Shown: positions 25,653-36,160 of the stretch, in pieces
Layout of the letters: each line of letters begins with the position of its first letter
Numbering within the stretch: the stretch's first letter is position 1
Assembly: GCA_013239625.1 (NCBI GenBank)
Contig: MU054541.1
Coordinates: 16,776,567-16,840,566 of the forward strand
Direction of reading: 5' to 3'
DNA length: 64,000 nt
Source: Lama guanicoe
Lineage: Eukaryota
Program-made: the position numbers and the translations under genes
Notes under the pieces: generated by a model
Told to the model about the DNA's origin: nothing
What the model saw: only the letters and a program-made list of their open reading frames with translations
Database searches by the model: none

Positions 25653-26462
25653 CAATGAGGCGCCACCTCACACCAGGCAGAATGGCCCTCATTCAAAAAT
25701 CCACAAATGGCACATGCTGGAGAGGCTGTGGAGAAAGGGGAGCCCTCCTCCACTGCTGGTGGCATGCAGTTTGGTGCAGCCACAGTGGAAAACAGTGTGG
25801 AGATTCCTCAAAAGACTAGGAATAGACTTGCCATATGACCCAGGAATCCCGCTCCTGGGCATATATCCACAAGGAAGCCTGCTTCAAAATGACACCTGCA
25901 CCCAANNNNNNNNNNNNNNNNNNNNNNNNNNNNNNNNNNNNNNNNNNNNNNNNNNNNNNNNNNNNNNNNNNNNNNNNNNNNNNNNNNNNNNNNNNNNNNN
26001 NNNNNNNNNNNNNNNNNNNNNNNNNNNNNNNNNNNNNNNNNNNNNNNNNNNNNNNNNNNNNNNNNNNNNNNNNNCATTCTAAGTGAAGTAAGCCAGAAAG
26101 AGAAAGAAAAATACCATATGAGATTGCTCACATGTGGAATCTAAAACAAACAAACAAACAAACAAACAAAACATAAATACAAAACAGAAACAGACTCATA
26201 GACATAGAATACAAACTTGTGGTTGCCAAGGGAGTGGGGGGTGGGAAGGGACAGACTGGGAGTTCAAAATGTAGAACAGATAAACAAGATTATACTATAT
26301 AGTACAGGGAAATATGCACAAGATCTTATGGTAGCTCACAGAGAAAAAAATGTGACAAGGAATATATGTATGTTCATGTATAACTGAAAATTTGTGCTCT
26401 ACACTGGAATTTGACACAACATTGTAAAATGATTATAAATCAATAAAAAATGTTAAAAAAAA
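25653..26462 (+). mobile_element. Younger camelid-type L1 (ORF2 C-terminus + 3' UTR + polyA), innermost nested element
   Basis: Track ORF 25624..26082 contains the L1 ORF2 C-terminal peptide [28 protein letters not shown]. The 3' UTR ends acactggaatttgacacaacattgtaaaatgattataaatcaataaaaaatgttaaaaaaaa and contains an (AAAC)n tract at ~26143-26170. Diverged TSD at 25639-25657 / 26459-26477. Confidence 0.93.
25906..26074. other. Assembly gap (169 N) inside the young L1
   Basis: N-run. The flanks are collinear L1 sequence. Confidence 0.99.
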
Positions 26463-27902
26463 TCAGACAGAGCAGTGGAGCAGAACAGACAGCCCAGAAG
26501 AAAACCTACACACATGTGGTCAACAAGTTTACAACAAAGGAGGCAAGAAGATGCAACAGGAAGAGGACAGTCACTTCAGTAAACCGTGTTGGGAAAACCG
26601 GACAGCCACCTGGAGAAGAACGGAACTGGACCACTGTCTCACACCACACACAGAAGTTAACTCAAAACAGATCAGATACTTGAACCTGAAACCAAAAACT
26701 TCTAGAGGAAAACGTAGGCAGTAAACTTGTGGATGTCAGTTTGGATGATGGTCTTTTGGATTTAACACCAAAACCAAAGGCCACCAAAGCAAAACTAAAC
26801 GAGCGGGACTGCATCACCCTGAAAAGTCTCTGCTCAGCACGGGGAACCGGCAGTAAAACGAAAAGGCAGCCTCTGGAGGGGGGGCAGTGTTTGCAAACCA
26901 TGCGTCTCATGAGGGGTTAGCATGTGTGGAGAGCTTGCTCAACTCTGGCAAAACAGCCGGGAACAGAGCACACAGACAGTCCGATTCGAAAAACAGGCAG
27001 AGGCTGCGGATCGACGCTTTTCCAGAGAAGACGTGGAGATGCCGACGGGGGCCTGGTGCCCAGCACCTCTCACCGTCAGGCGGGTGCCGGTCAGGGCCCC
27101 GAGACGCCCCCTCACACCGGCAGAGTGGCCGTCGTCAGAAAGGCCAGAGGGAACGCGCGCTGGGAGGATGTGGAGAAAGGGACCCGTGCACTCTGTGGCT
27201 GGGGGTGTGGGTCCGTGCGGCCAGTACTGGAAAGCAGCGTGGAGATTCCTCAGAAAGTTAGAGATAGAACCACCGCACGACCCAGCAACTCCTCTTCTGG
27301 GTGCTGATCAAAGGAAACAAAGACCCCCAACTAGAAAAGGCATCTGCACCCCCACTTTCACTGCAGGCCGACTCACGGCAGCCGAGACCCGGGGGCGGCC
27401 CAGGTGCGCCTGACGGGCGAGCGGACCAAGCAGGTGAGGAGCGCGCCCGTGTGCGTGGGTGTGAACACCGCTCGTCCGAAAGGGGAGCGCGTCCTGCCTT
27501 TGCAGCGATGTGGATGGGACTTGAGGACGTCGTCCTAAATGAGGACGGCGTACAGCCTCACGTACACGTGGAATCTGAGAAGAACTGGGCTCATAGACAT
27601 GGAGAGCAGGCTGGTGGTCGCCAGGGGCAGATGGCGGGGAGTGGGCAAAGTGGGGGAGGGGGTTCACAGGTACAAACTCCAGTGAGAAGTGCTTTGTGGG
27701 GCTGTAACATTCAGCATGGCGACTGCAGTTGCTAATACTGGATTGTGTATTTGAGAGCTGCTAACAAATTTTGTAACCCTGTGTGGATGTTGACTAGATA
27801 CATTGTGGTAATAATTTTGCAATATACGTGTATATCGAATCATTATGTTTTACACCTGAAACTAATATAATGTTATGTGTCGATTGTATCTCAGTGGAAA
27901 AA
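26463..27902 (+). mobile_element. L1MA9-like L1, right part of the middle nested element (ORF2 end + 3' UTR)
   Basis: Track ORF 26922..27413 retains YWKAAWRFLRKLEIEPPHDPATPLLG (degenerate L1 ORF2 C-terminus). 3' end atcgaatcattatgttttacacctgaaactaatataatgttatgtgtcgattgtatctca. Confidence 0.9.
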
Positions 27903-28417
27903 CCACAATGACATTCTGCTTCACACCCACCGGGACGTCTGTAATCAAAGAGACAGACCACAAAAGTGCTGGGTGGGGTGTAGAGAAACTGGAGTCCTCG
28001 CTCACTGCCGGGAAGGCTATGAAATGGCGCAGCCGCTTTGGAGAACAGTCTGGCGTTTCCTCAGGAGGGTGCACACAGTGTTGTCAAATGACTCAGGGTA
28101 CGTCCTAGAGAAGGGAAAATGTATGTGAAAGAGGCCAGTCACAGAGGCTGCATGTTGTACGTGGTTCCGCTTACACGGTCTGTGCAGGAAGGTGAATGCA
28201 CCCGGGCGGGAGGCAGAGCGTGGCTGTCGGGCGGGGGCAGGAGGAGAAGTGACCGCGCATGGGCACGGGGTTTCTCCTGGGGATGGCGAAGATGTTCTGG
28301 AGCTAGAAGATTGTATGATGCTGTGAATATGCTAAAAACCACCGGGTTGTATAAAACTATGAATTTTGTGTTATGTCAGTTTTATTGCAACAAACGGTTA
28401 CATAAAAATAATAAAAT
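27903..28417 (+). mobile_element. Old L1 (L1MB-like), right part of the outermost nested element
   Basis: Track ORF 27877..28128 shows AQPLWRTVWRFLRRV. 3' UTR ggtttctcctggggatggcgaagatgttctggagctaga...tgtgaatatgctaaaaaccacc resembles L1MB 3' ends. Confidence 0.85.
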
Positions 28418-29008
28418 AGCCCCCAATTTGACTTTCTCGGCTTTGGAAGGTTGTGAGTGAAACATACTGTCTTCTGTTTTGTTTCTTGGCTGCCACGTGA
28501 GCTTTACCCACAGGCCTGGAGAACAGAGGTGAATTCCGTGGTCGGAGTCAGGTGCCTGGTGGGTGGGCTCGGAAGGTCCCTGTGCCCCCTGAGCACAGCT
28601 GAGGCCACCGCGCTAACAGGGACACTCGGGACTGGGCAGGCTGCGCGCTCAGCGGACAGCGGGAGGCACGGCCGCCCTGTGCTGCTGAGTCTGGCCAGGG
28701 ACAGAGATTCTCAGCCTTACTATTTTAGGACATTTGGACATTAGGTTAATTTATTGTATTTACAAATAATGTGAGAAAAAAGCATATCAGTCACAATTGT
28801 TTTTCTAAAGAATATGTTCGAGAACTGGGGCAAGACACTGAGTTCTCCCTTAATTCCCCGTCCTCAGGAGTCGTTCAGGGCGCACCCACGTCTGGCCGCA
28901 TTCAGTGTGCCGCAGAGGTAAACGACGTGCAGATAGGCGGTGGAATATACTGAAAGCCATTCTTGTAGGTTAAGTAAACTGAGAACTAAATCAACTTTGC
29001 TCCAAAAG

Positions 29009-29164
29009 CACGTGTTCTCAAACTTCATTGTGCATAATCAACTGGGACTCAGTGAAGCTGTGAGCTTCCCAGCCCCCCCAACCCCCAGAGGTGGTTCTGT
29101 CTGAGTGTTGAAGGGGTAGCTGGATGACCCTGAGGAGCAGGTGTCTGCGTCTTGAAAAACACTG
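29009..29164. mobile_element. MER5A-like hAT-Charlie MITE
   Basis: Imperfect TIRs cacgtgttctcaaact / ttgaaaaacactg, with internal gtgcataatcaactgg...cccaacccccagag. Confidence 0.75.
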
Positions 29165-29416
29165 TTGGGGGGCTTCAGCCGAGAACTGGGAGGTGACACG
29201 TGTGGTCACAGCGGCCTTCATGTTACCGCAGATAATGAAGCCCTGTCCCATTCGATGTTAGAGACAGAGGCCGCCCCAGTCTCATTCTGCTGTTGGAAAG
29301 CACTGTTCTTGACAAGCAGAGCATTTCAGGGTAGGAGAAAGCAGAGTCCTGCTACCCCGGTGGCACCTCCGTTGCTCTTGCCGTGAATTTAGCCCCATCT
29401 TCCCTGCTGTTCCCAG

Positions 29417-29609
29417 ATCTCCTTCGACCTGGCCGAGTACACGGCTGACGTGGACGGGGTTGGCACCTTGCGGCTCCTGGACGCGGTCAAGACCTGCGGG
29501 CTCATCGGCTCCGTGAAGTTCTACCAGGCCTCCACGAGCGAGCTCTACGGGAAAGTGCAGGAAATACCCCAGAAGGAGACCACGCCTTTCTACCCTCGGT
29601 CGCCATACG
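29417..29609 (+). CDS. GMDS: GDP-mannose 4,6-dehydratase, internal coding exon (human exon 5 equivalent, 193 nt, phase 0 to 1)
   Basis: Acceptor cttccctgctgttcccAG|ATC, donor TACG|GTgagg. Translates [64 protein letters not shown](G), the recognisable GMD core with catalytic Thr/Glu (ASTSE) and the Tyr of YxxxK. Overlaps track ORF 29450..29677. Confidence 0.98.
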
Positions 29610-30330
29610 GTGAGGGCGCGCGTGGCGGGTGTTCCTGCTGGGGTTCTGTCCTGCCTCCAGCTGGCGTCACCTGCTGAGGGCCCCACTGGGGTTGGCTGAA
29701 GCGATGGTCCTGCGGGGACGCGCACCTCGTACCTGGCTGCCCGCTGGGCCTGGGCCTGCCGTTGCCTCCGGGAGGAATCCCCACCTCCCGTCCCCATCCT
29801 TGCTCACATGGCCCTTCCGTACCGATCACTTTAAAAGGAGAACTCGGCCCAGCAGGATTCGTTTTACTGAGCTGTCAGGAGACTGTGCTGAAGAGATAAG
29901 GTTTCGGGTCTTTTACTTCCATTTCCCTGATGAACGTCTCCCTGAGCTCCAACCCTTAAACGAAGTCTGTTACACATAATATATTTATAAAAGGAGTATT
30001 CATGAAATACTAAAGTGACAAAATGTGAAAGCATCTAGACTATTAAGATCTTTTTTTTTTTTTTTTACTTCCCAATTCCTTAAAGCTAAGAAGAAGGGAG
30101 TAAGACCCAGGAAAGGGCACTTTGACATGTTGCACACACTGTAGTTGAGTTGATTGGACTGTAAAAGAGCAAACCGTGGTGGTTACAGAGGCAGGACGCT
30201 CCTGAGTGTTCCGTCACCGCACGGTTAACTGGGAAAGGGGCCTTTATTTTGTCTTGGGCTTTTGGTTCTTTTTTTCTATCTTGACACGTTACAAATTGTA
30301 AATTTTGCACGTTGTTGCTTGTTGACATGA

Positions 30331-30585
<255 letters not shown>

Positions 30586-32068
30586 TGAAGAAGCGTAAAT
30601 CCTCCTCAGTTACTTACCAGTTTTGCTGGCTTTTCTATTCAGAGTCCTGGTTTCACTGTTTCCTTGGCTGGTCCGTCCAGCTGGGTTTCAGCCTGAGTGT
30701 CAGGACGTGTTGTGGGAACGTCCAGGGCTTGTCCCTGACGCCGCTGACTCCCGGACGCACTGCCGGTCATCTGTCTGTTCTCACCTCGAGTCAGTAGGGT
30801 GTTCAGAAACTTGCTTTACCTTCCATTTAAGCAAACACTCAGAGATTACTATGCTTCTAGACTATTTAAGATACATTTGAAATCACTTACGTTTAGAATC
30901 GCGAGCGCGTTTTGGAGAAAACCGTATTTGTTTGCGTCGGTCTTTCCGCGGTCATTGTCGAGACTGTCAGCGCCACGCCAGCTCTCCCATCCCAAGTACT
31001 AGGTTTTAAGTAAGAGAATATGTACTCCTACCATCACTTCTGATTTACTGAAGCGTGGGGCGTCGTGACAAAGCACGTGCGCTCTACAGAGCAAAAATCG
31101 TGCGCCCTGATTCTAAGAAGTTTGCTTAGGTCTCACTGTCGTTCAGCCTTTTAGCTTGAGAACGCATGAGGGGTCCAGCGCCGTACGGTTTCCGTGGCCG
31201 ACCGTTAACGCTTAGAGCTCCATCAGTGAGATTCCTGTGACTGTGCAGCCGCGTAATTAAACCAGCGAGTCACGAGAAAGAAGGAATGTGACACTTAAGA
31301 GGTGTGTTTAGTGTCAGAACGCTTTCGTTTTGTAAATGTGGAAGTTAAAATTTCCCACGATGTGCTGGCCAGGCATCAGAATCCAGCCCGTGGTCCCTGT
31401 TGTGGGAAGGAAAGCAAGTGAAGGGCGGCCGAACCTTCCTGTCTTTGAATTCCGCGCTTCCGGGTGTCCTCGGCAGAGGGGGGGAGGGAGGTTCCGCTGC
31501 CGGGCCTGGGGCCCCGGGGAGCCGCCCTCCGCGGTGGGTTCAGGCCACGACTACCGCTGCCTCCTCCGTCAGTCGGGGAGGCGCACGTTGTTACCTGGTT
31601 TCTGTGCCCCCTCAGCTTTCCCACCTGCAAGAAATACACGTGTTCCGGATCAGGTTAGGATCAGGAAAGCACTCTTAGTGCAGAACGAGAAGGCGCGTGT
31701 GGCTGTACCTCCCCATCCTCCACTGCACACCCCCTCAGAAGAGCTGTTTTTTGTCTTTGTCTACGTTAATCACTTTTTAAAAAATACATTTTAAAAGTAA
31801 TTTTTTTTTATTTGAAAGAAAAGTAAACAGTAGAGGCTGGTATAAGGAGAAAGGTAAGCTCCCTCCCTGTGCGGACGGCCGGCCCTGCCCTGAGCCCACT
31901 GTTCACACCCTGCAGAAGTGTCGCCGGTGCCCGTCTCTGGCACACGCACACGGTGTGCTGCATCTGGGGTTAACCTTTGCTAAAGACTTGACCTGTGGCA
32001 TGTTCCATTTTGTTTTGTTTTCATTATATATCTGGATTTTTTTAATATTCCCTATTCACATTAAAAAA

Positions 32069-32196
32069 TTTTTTTTTAGTGGAGGGAGGTAATTAAGTTT
32101 ATTTATTTAAACTTTTTTAATGGAGGGACTGGGAATTGAACCCAGGACCTTGTGCATGCTAAGCACGTGCTCTACCCCTGAGCTACGCCCTCCCCC
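32069..32196 (-). mobile_element. Camelid-type tRNA-Ala-derived SINE (Vic-1-like)
   Basis: Reverse complement reads gggggagggcgtagctcaggggtagagcacgtgcttagcatgcacaaggtcctgggttcaattcccagtccctcc (A and B boxes), then an AT-rich body (aaataaataaacttaattacctccc) and an A tail. Confidence 0.9.
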
Positions 32197-32704
32197 TTAT
32201 TATGCATCTGGAAACCAATGAGATCTCATTTTCTATTTCCTTCGTATAAGCAAATAATGAAAAATGATGACTGTCGAGGTAGGTGTGCAAGTGATGTAAT
32301 ACTTGTTTGGTAACTGATCCTCAGTGCTTACAGCACTTCTTGAAAATGGAAATTTCGGCTTCATACTAATTAGCCTGACAGTGGTGTGGTCGTGCTGCCA
32401 CACTTCGCTGTCGTTTTCCACGGAGATTCTTTGCCACTCTGAGAATGCCTCCACGGTGGGGACTGTGTCGGGTTCCTGAATGCCCAGCCCCCACAGCGGT
32501 GCCTGTCTGCTCACGAGCGTTCAGCAAATACCTTTCAGTGGACGAACGGAGGAACAGCTCATGTCTCGGTAAACCTTCGCTGACCTGGAAGTTAGGCGGT
32601 CTGCACTGGAGAACGCTGGGGGTTTATAGGATAGTCTCAAATAAATGCTGTCTTGCTAATTTCATACAGACAGCAGCTGAAGGTGGCCTGCTGTTCTGCT
32701 TCTC

Positions 32705-32862
32705 ACTGAGGTGCAGTTGATTTACAGTTTACATCAGTTTCAGGTGTACAGCATAGCGATTCACAGTCTTCAGAGGCTGCACGCCATTTAGTTATTAGAA
32801 AATGCTGGGTGCTCCCCGGCTGGACGGTAGTCCTACAGCTGTTTTATACATGGTAGCTGGTG
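32705..32862 (-). mobile_element. Short L1 3'-end fragment (laurasiatherian type)
   Basis: tgaggtgcagttgatttacag...agtttcaggtgtacagcatagcgattca is the reverse L1 terminus. Confidence 0.75.
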
Positions 32863-33215
32863 GCGAACTGCTCTGAGGGAAAGTTCAGCCTGGTACACTT
32901 TATAAATGAACCAAACTCCTTTCAGTTCATCCTCGTATGTGCCTGTGATCGCACCAGCGCTCGGAGTGGGTTTGTCGCCTTAAGTAGGTGAGCACTATCT
33001 CTGACCGTTGCGCTGATGAGCCTCGGCCTGGCCTCGGGCCCCTCACCACAGGTGCCCTGTTAAGTGGAGCCCATGTGGATGCTGCCTTTTGGGGACATGT
33101 CTTTTTTTTCTAACAAAAGATAATTGACAAGGCTGTTTTGACTGCATGTAGATTCCATGAGAATCTCTGACCTTAAATAGTACAGAAGTATTTTCTAGTA
33201 GAAAGAAATTGTAGA

Positions 33216-33394
33216 CTAGAGGTTGGCAAACGGTGGCTCACCGGCCCAGTCCAGCCCCCAGCCTCTTGTTGTAAGTGGCGTGCTGGTGGCGCTCGGCCGC
33301 GCTGGGGGTCACGTGGGACCCGCGGCCGCTTCCCCTGCACGGGCCCCACGTGCTTCCTGCTCGGCCCTGTAAGAAGGTGTCTGCTGGCCCCACT
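33216..33394. mobile_element. MER58A-like hAT-Charlie MITE
   Basis: Ends tagaggttggcaaac...ggcccagtccagccc and ggccctgtaagaaggtgtctgctggcccc match MER58 termini. The interior is GC-enriched. Confidence 0.72.
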
Positions 33395-33619
33395 GGGGAG
33401 CAGTTGGGTCTTCAACATCCCAAAACCTTCAGTTGGGTTTCTTTGTGTATGTGGAAATTAACACATACCTCCGTGTGAAAACTTTCTAATGTAAAAGTAT
33501 TTATTAGCCCATCAGGTAGCGTCCTTTCTCTGAAGGAGCTCTCAGGGGATGCACAGTTGACAGCCGCCACAGTGTAGTCTCCCCAGGACCGTCAGAATTT
33601 ATGAGACAGAAAGGAATTT

Positions 33620-33725
33620 AAAGACCATTCCACTCTTTATTTCATCAGTGAAGAAACTGAAGCAGCGTGAGACCGAGTGTCCGAGGTCACAGAACTAACA
33701 GACGCCAGCAATGAGGCCAGGGACG
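33620..33725 (-). mobile_element. MIR SINE fragment
   Basis: tttcatcagtgaagaaactgaagc...tgtccgaggtcacagaactaa is the MIR core in reverse orientation. Confidence 0.7.
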
Positions 33726-34539
33726 GTCGTGGGGCCGGCGGGAGCAGCGCATGCGTGTCCCCTTGTAGGGCTCACGCGTGTGTGGGGCTCAGAGGGAGCA
33801 GACCACACCCCCTCCGCAGGCACAGCTGGGACTCGGCGCGAATGAAGCCCTGTTCTCCTCTTTGCTAAAAGGCATCCGTTCGTTTGGCTAAATGCAATAT
33901 TCCCTGCCAGGTGTTCAGCAGAAATAGTTGTAATCAAACGCCAGTTTTATGATGTTTAAGTACAAATGTGATACGAAGCGAATAACATATCCTGAGTATC
34001 ACCAAAACTGGCCAAGAGAGAAAACAGAGCTAACACAAAGGCGCTAGAACCCACGTGGCAGGAAGAAGTGGTGAGGCGCTTCAGGTGCACCGTAAGGAGC
34101 AGCCTGACCACCGCGAGGGGGCGGGGCGCTGCCCCTGGTAGATGTGCAGCCGTTTTTGGGGGATACAGCACGTTCCCCCGAGTGTGGGCTTCAGGAGAAA
34201 TCACATGGATCGGTCTAATCACAGTGTTCACCTGACTGAGAGAATCTGGCATCTTAAGGTTCATGAACTTGTGGTTTTAAATTTTAGACTTGAGCTTTTT
34301 TTTTTAACTGCCAAGTGTTTTGCTTCTTAAAATGTCTAAGTATATTTATTATCATAAGTTAATCTTCAGATTTTTTAAAACTATAATTCATGTAAAAATT
34401 AACTACCTAAGTCACAGTAAAATCCTGGAGACGTTTCCCCTTTATTTTTTCTAAAGATTGTTCTGCATTCGTTGCTGTAAAGAAGAGATTAATGCTGCAG
34501 GATCGGATTCTCCCCAGGAGTGGAGGATTGGGCGAGGGG

Positions 34540-34695
34540 AAAGGGTGACCTTGCCCCTGGAGGGTGTGTGACAGTGTCTGAGGACATTGCTGGCTGTCTC
34601 CACTGGAGGTGGGGTGTGTGGCCAGCATCTTGGGTGCCCGCAGCAGTCCTCCCTCTGGGGGCAGCCGTCCTCACCCCCGACTTGCCGCCAGGTCT
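34540..34695. mobile_element. MER20-like hAT-Charlie element
   Basis: gggtgaccttgcccctggaggg...gacagtgtctgaggacattgctggctgtctccactgg...ccagcatct matches the MER20 pattern. Confidence 0.68.
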
Positions 34696-35964
34696 AGATG
34701 AGTGTCACCTTCAGTACAGGATCTTCTTTTCCTTCCCGTGTCACTTGTGCTCCGCAGAGCCTCCTCCGGAGAGCTACGGTGGACGTTCAGCTGGACGAGG
34801 GGAAGGGCCCCGGCCTGAGCAGCCCCGTGGGGACCTGTGGGGACTTCAGTGTCCTGGTGGCTGCAGGCCCGACCCCGGTCAGGGGAGCCCAGGGGACAGA
34901 GCTGTCATTCCCGGCTCTCCGGACCACTTGGGGCTGAATTCTGTCTTCAGTGAGCCCTGGTCCACAGACCCGCGTCCAGGTGGGTCTGTGACCCTCCTTC
35001 CACCTCCAGAGTAAATGAGCGTTTTTAGCTTTTGTCACAAATTGTAGCAAGAGCACAGCTTTCCTTTGGGGTGTAAGCTGCAGGCTCTGTGTTCCGGTAG
35101 AAGGCGACCATCAAAACGGATTCAAGGTGGGATTTCTCCACACGTAGGATGGTAGTGAGGTTACTGTGTGTATTTGGGGATTCTCCTGTAAACTTACCGG
35201 CGTTCACAGGTATTTTGTGCTTCAAGCGAGATCAGAACTCACAGTGTGAGCGAGACAGCCGGGACTTGCTTCATCTAAAATCCCGATGGACAGAAAGCAC
35301 TCCTCTTCCTGGACGTGTGTGTCTGTGAATAAAATAAGCCTCAAGAAATTCCGCAGCTAGTGTTGGTCAGTCTGGCTGCACAGGTAGATCCCGCTGCTGC
35401 AGAAATACCTGGAAACGAGGAAGCCACCGTCGAACCACCCGATGCTCTGCGCTCTTGTCTGTTGAAGGAGCCGTGGCAGGTTTTGGATGAGCACCGCGGC
35501 CTTAATTCACCGAGTGCAGTTCAGCCGCCCGTCGTGAGGCCAGGGCTGCGTGATGTCGCCTTAGGGCTGAGCGGAGCCTCGCAGGTTTGCACTGAACCGT
35601 GTTGTCTGTGGTGAGCGCTTGGACTGTGGGCCACTCATCTGGACCCACAGGTGCCAGGTGGCCTCTCCGGTGGACCCTGGTGCTTGGAGGTCGCAGAGCC
35701 GTGGGCCTGGGTTGTCCTCCTTGGAGAGATGAGCTGCAACTGCACAAACATGGAAGGCTTTTGAAGCAGTACTTGGTCTCACTGAGGTGGGTGTTACCAC
35801 TGAAGAGAGTCAAGTCCTTCCCACCTGGTGAGGTGAGACTTCCGGGATTGTTTAGTTGACTTTTCAAGTGCTCTGCAGTTTCTGTGGCATTTGCATTTGA
35901 AGCCAGGCTGGCGAGCGTCCGGTGCCGCAGGGCAGGGCTCCCCCATGTCAGCAGGCTGGGCTCT

Positions 35965-36160
35965 CGTGCTGAGGGCGCGTCCAGCCCCGGGACCCACGCA
36001 GACCCGGGTCCTCGTCTGCCTGACTGGTAAATGAGGGACTTCGGGCAAGTTTCTGGGTCTCTGCGAGCCTCCGTCTTCTCATCCGTGAAGTGGGATGATC
36101 AGGTCTGCACGTGGGCTGTTGTGAGCAGTGAAGGACGTGATGTAAGTGAAGGGGCAGCAC
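35965..36160 (+). mobile_element. MIR SINE
   Basis: gacttcgggcaagttt...ctctgcgagcctccgtcttctcatccgtgaagtgggatgat...gggctgttgtgagcagtgaag is the MIR core. Confidence 0.8.

Noticed and set aside
25624-26082. ORF with reverse-transcriptase-element similarity as a possible active or domesticated gene
   Set aside because: Only the C-terminal tip of a 5'-truncated L1 ORF2, frameshifted at its start and artificially extended by the N-run.
29282-29797. 171-aa minus-strand ORF over GMDS exon 5
   Set aside because: Antisense shadow of a high-GC3 exon, with no independent evidence.
32120-32196. tRNA-Ala-like sequence on the minus strand
   Set aside because: It is the head of a SINE (followed by SINE body and A-tail, with an imperfect acceptor stem), not a tRNA gene.
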